A stretch of 64,000 bases of DNA from Chloroflexota bacterium (GTDB lineage: Bacteria; Chloroflexota; UBA11872; VXOZ01), in NCBI GenBank assembly GCA_964291655.2, contig OZ219802.1, positions 480,001 through 544,000 on the forward strand. Direction: 5' to 3'. A program made the position numbers and the translations under genes. Under the pieces are notes generated by a model, which did no database searches, was not told the DNA's origin, and saw only the letters and a list, made by a program, of their open reading frames with translations. Below, piece by piece: positions 59,423 through 64,000 of this stretch. Position 1 is the first letter of the stretch; each line of letters begins with the position of its first letter.

Positions 59423-59564
59423 GAGGCTGTCTCATAGGTCGACTCGATAAGCAAAGCTGTGCTTCGACAGGCTCAGCACGAACGGGATTTGCTTTTGCCG
59501 TTCGCCCTGAGCCTGTCGAAGGGCAAGTCTACTTTGAGCAATGAACTTCTGAGACAAGCTCTAG
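59423..59564 (+). mobile_element. MITE-like composite element, copy 3 (least interrupted)
   Basis: Ends GAGGCTGTCTCATA / TGAGACAAGCTCTAG; core TTCGACAGGCTCAGCACGAACGG..CCGTTCGCCCTGAGCCTGTCGAAGGGC. Confidence 0.65.
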
Positions 59565-59839
59565 TGGAGAGGGAGTGGATCTTGCGCCACCGGCTGGGGT
59601 TAGGCAAGGGCCTCCTAAGGAGGGGGCTGTGGTAAGGCAGTGTCTTCACCTTGCCACCCGCAATCCTCGTGCCCGCCAAAGTTTTGCATCGGACTGGATG
59701 GCCACGCCTGCCCCTTAGAACTAAGAGGGAGTCGCCGTCTGAGACTGGGGTTAGGGCAGCAGAGTCTCATACGTGCCGGCAACACCTTGGGGGAAAACCG
59801 AGATTCCCAACAAAGCAAAATCTGCTCACGTATTCTTAG

Positions 59840-60868
59840 TTAGATTCGTATGCGGCCGACTTGCTGGCTGTCAAAAATATGCGTGCTATCGATAAAGCGC
59901 GCGACGAGGCGCTGGCCGGTCATGACAAGTGTGTGGGTGCGGACCCCTCCGCCGAAAAACCGCACGCCCCGCAGCATGTCGCCGTCCGTTACGGCAGTAG
60001 CAACAAAGATAATCTGCTTGCCGCCCGCCAGATCATCGATGCTGAATACGCGGTCGGGATCAGAAATGCCCATGGACCGAACCCGCTCGCGTTCCTCATC
60101 GTTGCGGTACCAGAAGCGGCCCACCATGCCGCCCCCGAGGCAACGCAGCGCGGCGGCGGCAAGAACGCCTTCCGGCGCCCCGCCAATACCCATGACCGCA
60201 TGCACACCCGTGCCTGAAATGGCGCATGCCACCGCCGGTGTCACGTCACCGTCGGTAATGAGACGAATCCGCGCCCCGGCTTTGCGCACCTCATCTATCA
60301 ATTCACTATGCCGGTCACGGTCGAGGATTACGACGGTGAGGTCTTCCACACGGCGTTGCAAGGCGTCGGCAATTATCTGAAGATTCGCCAAGACCGGAAA
60401 GTCGATGTTCACTTTCCCCGCCGCCGGAGGCCCGACGATGAGCTTCTCCATATAGATGTCCGGCGCGTGCAACAGACCCCCGCGCTCGCTGGCGGCAATT
60501 ACGGCTATGGCGTTGTTTAGCCCCCTGGCGACTAAGTTGGTGCCTTCCAAGGGGTCTACGGCGATGTCTACGGCCGGGCCGCCGTCGCTGCCAAGTTGCT
60601 CGCCGATATAGAGCATTGGCGCTTCATCTCGTTCGCCTTCACCGATGACTACAGTCCCGTCCATCGTAATTCTCTGTAGAGCGGCGCGCATGGCCTTCAC
60701 TGCCGCATCGTCCGCGCCATCCGGGCTTCCTTGACCCATCGTGCGGGCGGCAGCTATCGCTCCTTCTTCCGTTACACGAACGAACTCGAGCGCGAGATGC
60801 GTTTCGATGCTCGTAAGAGGAGACACTTTTCGCACGCTCTCACACTCTGTCGCACCCTTTGCTGCCAC
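59840..60868 (-). CDS. glpX: class II fructose-1,6-bisphosphatase
   Basis: [37 protein letters not shown]. Confidence 0.95.
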   Translation of the reverse strand: MAAKGATECESVRKVSPLTSIETHLALEFVRVTEEGAIAAARTMGQGSPDGADDAAVKAMRAALQRITMDGTVVIGEGERDEAPMLYIGEQLGSDGGPAVDIAVDPLEGTNLVARGLNNAIAVIAASERGGLLHAPDIYMEKLIVGPPAAGKVNIDFPVLANLQIIADALQRRVEDLTVVILDRDRHSELIDEVRKAGARIRLITDGDVTPAVACAISGTGVHAVMGIGGAPEGVLAAAALRCLGGGMVGRFWYRNDEERERVRSMGISDPDRVFSIDDLAGGKQIIFVATAVTDGDMLRGVRFFGGGVRTHTLVMTGQRLVARFIDSTHIFDSQQVGRIRI

Positions 60869-61018
60869 AGCCTGCCTCCCTTTCAGTGGTTGTCTATTAC
60901 GCGGTCTACTGCAATGACGGCAACCAAATAATCCATAGTATTGGAGTCTCTTCGGATCAATCTGCCTTCAAAGCATTTGGCCCACGCCCGTCCAGGGCCT
61001 ACTCCTGACGATACCTCC

Positions 61019-61405
61019 TCAGTGCTGCGCCTCTAGCACGCGAACAGCATTTTCCGCAATCTCTTCTACTCTCATAGGCAGCCTAAGAACCCGATCTACA
61101 CCCATCCAATCCGAGCGCGTGCGCGTACGAGGTTCGACGAGCAGTACCACCGTCAGCAACACTCGTGACATGGACTTTATGCGTACGCACTCTTCGTACA
61201 CGTGGGGATAGATGAACGCTTCATCGAGGACGAGCACTCTTGGCGGTTGGGGCTCATCTACTTCCCAGTTTACAAGAAGGCTCAAGAGGTCCGGCAGATC
61301 GCGGGGAGTACGCGCGGTTTTGTCTTGCGTTTGGAGAGCCTCAACTAGCCTTGTCCGCATCTGCGGGTTGGCAAGTGCGACAATTATGTCTATGCACTCT
61401 TGCAT
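61019..61405 (-). CDS. hypothetical protein, degenerate receiver-like domain
   Basis: Receiver-like pattern (IIVAL..R..L..AL; RVLVLD; VVLL; GVDRVLRLP) lacking the acidic pocket and the conserved Lys. Confidence 0.5.
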   Translation of the reverse strand: MQECIDIIVALANPQMRTRLVEALQTQDKTARTPRDLPDLLSLLVNWEVDEPQPPRVLVLDEAFIYPHVYEECVRIKSMSRVLLTVVLLVEPRTRTRSDWMGVDRVLRLPMRVEEIAENAVRVLEAQH

Positions 61406-61421
61406 GGGTTGCCGCTTAGGT

Positions 61422-64000
61422 CTAGGACCGCCTTGACACTCGGCCTCTCAGAAACCGGCCCCGCTTAATCCAAGACAGACGAGATAGGTACTGCAGTGGG
61501 CTGCGCAGCACATTCTCAGCCGCTATTCCTAACTGTGGAATGCGCACAGACCGCAGCACAGCACCGAAGAGTCCGAGCTCATACCACGTGAATCGGAGAC
61601 GGCGCACACCAATGTCTGCGACAAAGAGAAGCAGCGCGACGACCACAAGCGGCTGCCAAAAAGGCCGGTTATACCCTTCGGGGGGTGGTCGGTCATGCCG
61701 AAAGGCTTCCGGCGCATCTGTAAGGACCTGACCGCCGGTCACAACCGCGAGACGACGCAGCAGCCGAAAGTCAGTCTCGAAACTCAAGAATTCAGCTGCC
61801 ACGGGCACCACCGCACCGGTGATCTGCTCGACAACGGGCGTATCTTCATCGTACTGCGTGATTCGGAGCGCGTACACGCCAGGCTTATCCGCGGTAAGCG
61901 TGCCCTCATAACGTCCCGGCGCTGTCTGCGGCAAAGTGAGTGAGAACGCCCGCTGTTCCGGACCGGCTACCTCTACCTGCGTATTGAGCAAATTGCGGAT
62001 GTTTCCCTGCTCATCTACCGAGTCTACGGCAACCGTTACGTCACTACCGTCCACCCGCACCTGCGTCGCAAATTGCGGATTGAGCGGGCTTGGCATCGTC
62101 CAACGCACCATTTGCGCCCAGAAGCGTTGATTCTGGGGCCATTCACCCCAGTCTGCCGCCCAATCCTGTCCGGCGTCACTCGTCCAGGCCACTGCGCGTC
62201 CTAACCCGTATTGCCATTGCGCCAGGATCACCTCACTGGTGTCGGACAGTAGCGGAGTCTCGGCTGCGGGCTTTGGCTCCGTGCGCACGAAAGCAGTGAG
62301 ATTTGGCAGGGAATCCGGCAGGATGGCGCGGAGGATGGGGCTGGCAGTCACGACACGCGGCTGAAAGAGGCGACTCATAACCAGCGTGCGGCTGGCGCGC
62401 TGGCTCTCCTTGGTAACAACCTGAGGGATATTCTCCGGCACGTCGGCATAGTAGTACCTGCCGTCGCCCAACCTCACGAGACGTTGTAGCAGATTCTGGT
62501 CCGCATCAGCCCCGATCGCCACTGCCGAAAGGGTGATGTGATCCCGCCGCATGCGGGTCATCAATGTTTCCCAGAGGCCAGGGGCCGACGTTGACTGGCC
62601 GTCTGTTACCAGAATGATGTGCTTCACCTGCGCCGGGGTGCGGCGGAGTGTATCGTAGGCGAGTTGCAGCGCGTTATAGATGTCGGTGCCGCCGCCGGCT
62701 TCAATAGTAGCCACGCGCCGCACGACGTTCCTGGCGTCGTCGGCATTATTCACCGGCGCGGGACGCACGACCCATTGTGGTGAGTACTCGAATGCCAACA
62801 CGCCAAGCACGTCGCCGGTCTCCAATATTTCAACTGCTTGCGCTGCAGCCTCGCGCGCCATGGCAATCTTGGATACCGGGGATCCTTCGTTCATGCTGCC
62901 CGACTTGTCGATGAGCAAGGCCAGAGCCAGAGTTGGCAGTTCCTCATGGTCCGGCGGCTGTGAAATGACGGGCAGGGCGTGTTCCAAGGGCGTGCCGCCG
63001 TAATCGCCCATGCCGAAGGCTGCCGCGCCGCCAAGGGCGACAAGCCCGCCGCCAAAGCGCTGCACGTATTCCTGAAGCGCGGACATCTGTTGTGTCGTAA
63101 GTTGAGAGGCCGGCACGTTGACGAGGACGACACTCGATACACCGTCCAAGTCCTCCGGTCGGCCGGGAAGCTGGGCCGGTCCTACATTCCGGGCTTGAAT
63201 TCCTGCGGCCTGGAGGGCCTGCGTGAGGATTATGGCATCGCCAATCGTGTTTTCCACCACCAGGACTACGCCCTTTGGTCCCACCTGCGAGTAGCCATAG
63301 GCGTCGTTGTTCTGCGGACGCTGATCGTCCGGCGCCACCACCTGGGCGCGGAATGAGTAGAAGCCTTCTTCCACACCGGGCTGCTGGATCGTAAATGTGT
63401 TCTGCCCATACACAAGCGCAACCGGCCCCTCGCTGACAAGCGTCTCGTTCATGAAGAGACGCAACAGCGCCTCCCCTTGCGTTGTGGATGCCACCGTAAC
63501 CCGCACCTCAAAGCTCTCTTCCGCCCGCAGGGCGGTGGGAGGCGCCACCTCGACGACGGCTGCGTCTACACCCGGCTGAGCCAAGAGCGGTACAACGTCT
63601 ATCTGCACGCCCTGCGCCGCTACTACTTCCGCAGCACGCATGACGTCGCCAGCCGTTTGATTGCCGTCGGATATGAGCACGATGCGTTTCGGCGCGTCCG
63701 GCGGAAAGAGAGACGCGGCTACCTCCAGCGCATCAGCAATGTTCGTGCGCTCATCGACACCTGCAAGGTCATCACCCTCAACGAGGTCGCTGCGACCAAA
63801 CGGGAGTTCAATACGTGTGTCCGTCCCAAAAGTCAAGAGCGCAAACGTGTCATCAGGAGAGCGCGTCTCAGCCGCCCTATCAATCCATTGACGTGCGGCA
63901 GACTGAGTAGCCGGTGTCACGCTGGCAGAGGTATCCAACAAGAAGATCGTATTGACCGGCCCACCCGCCAACGGCAGCCGCAACCCGGCCAGCGCCACGA
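61422..64000 (-). CDS. VWA-domain membrane protein (VWA + Ig-like + GATase-like + VWA); 5' end outside the window
   Basis: MIDAS motifs DTSAS and DKSGSM, ISDG/VTDG, GGGL..LGG..AFG.G.Y, QYGLGR.VAWTSD, C-terminal TM. Confidence 0.85.
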   Translation of the reverse strand, partial: VALAGLRLPLAGGPVNTIFLLDTSASVTPATQSAARQWIDRAAETRSPDDTFALLTFGTDTRIELPFGRSDLVEGDDLAGVDERTNIADALEVAASLFPPDAPKRIVLISDGNQTAGDVMRAAEVVAAQGVQIDVVPLLAQPGVDAAVVEVAPPTALRAEESFEVRVTVASTTQGEALLRLFMNETLVSEGPVALVYGQNTFTIQQPGVEEGFYSFRAQVVAPDDQRPQNNDAYGYSQVGPKGVVLVVENTIGDAIILTQALQAAGIQARNVGPAQLPGRPEDLDGVSSVVLVNVPASQLTTQQMSALQEYVQRFGGGLVALGGAAAFGMGDYGGTPLEHALPVISQPPDHEELPTLALALLIDKSGSMNEGSPVSKIAMAREAAAQAVEILETGDVLGVLAFEYSPQWVVRPAPVNNADDARNVVRRVATIEAGGGTDIYNALQLAYDTLRRTPAQVKHIILVTDGQSTSAPGLWETLMTRMRRDHITLSAVAIGADADQNLLQRLVRLGDGRYYYADVPENIPQVVTKESQRASRTLVMSRLFQPRVVTASPILRAILPDSLPNLTAFVRTEPKPAAETPLLSDTSEVILAQWQYGLGRAVAWTSDAGQDWAADWGEWPQNQRFWAQMVRWTMPSPLNPQFATQVRVDGSDVTVAVDSVDEQGNIRNLLNTQVEVAGPEQRAFSLTLPQTAPGRYEGTLTADKPGVYALRITQYDEDTPVVEQITGAVVPVAAEFLSFETDFRLLRRLAVVTGGQVLTDAPEAFRHDRPPPEGYNRPFWQPLVVVALLLFVADIGVRRLRFTWYELGLFGAVLRSVRIPQLGIAAENVLRSPLQYLSRLSWIKRGRFLRGRVSRRS

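Overview
This is a GC-rich bacterial chromosomal window. The host is probably Chloroflexota, inferred from the KMGRG-type EF-P loop, a Tat-lipoprotein solute-binding protein, paralogous PhyH and ceramidase-like families and a large VWA protein. It holds about 45 CDS and two tRNAs (Gly-CCC and the uncommon Arg-GCG). Housekeeping genes are hflKC, ferritin, ppc, murJ, ctpA, an M16 peptidase, tatA, pepQ-efp, dgt, pepA, clpC, comF and glpX. Accessory genes include a PLP decarboxylase coupled to an ACT protein, a 1707-aa exonuclease-RecQ-UvrD fusion, a DrrAB-like exporter and a catabolic-looking cluster. No integrase, transposase, prophage or CRISPR-cas was seen. Most notable: (1) an AccB/BCCP homolog in the efp operon that lacks the biotin-accepting lysine; (2) a free-standing duplicate of the ClpC N-domain directly upstream of a ClpC whose second Walker B is altered; (3) nested REP/MITE-like elements, two starting exactly at TAG stop codons and a related one inserted in frame (189 bp) in a phosphoesterase gene; (4) a PEP carboxylase missing two aspartate-inhibition residues; (5) two tandem paralogous membrane proteins with C-terminal BON-like domains. 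All calls come from reading motifs by eye; no database search was run.
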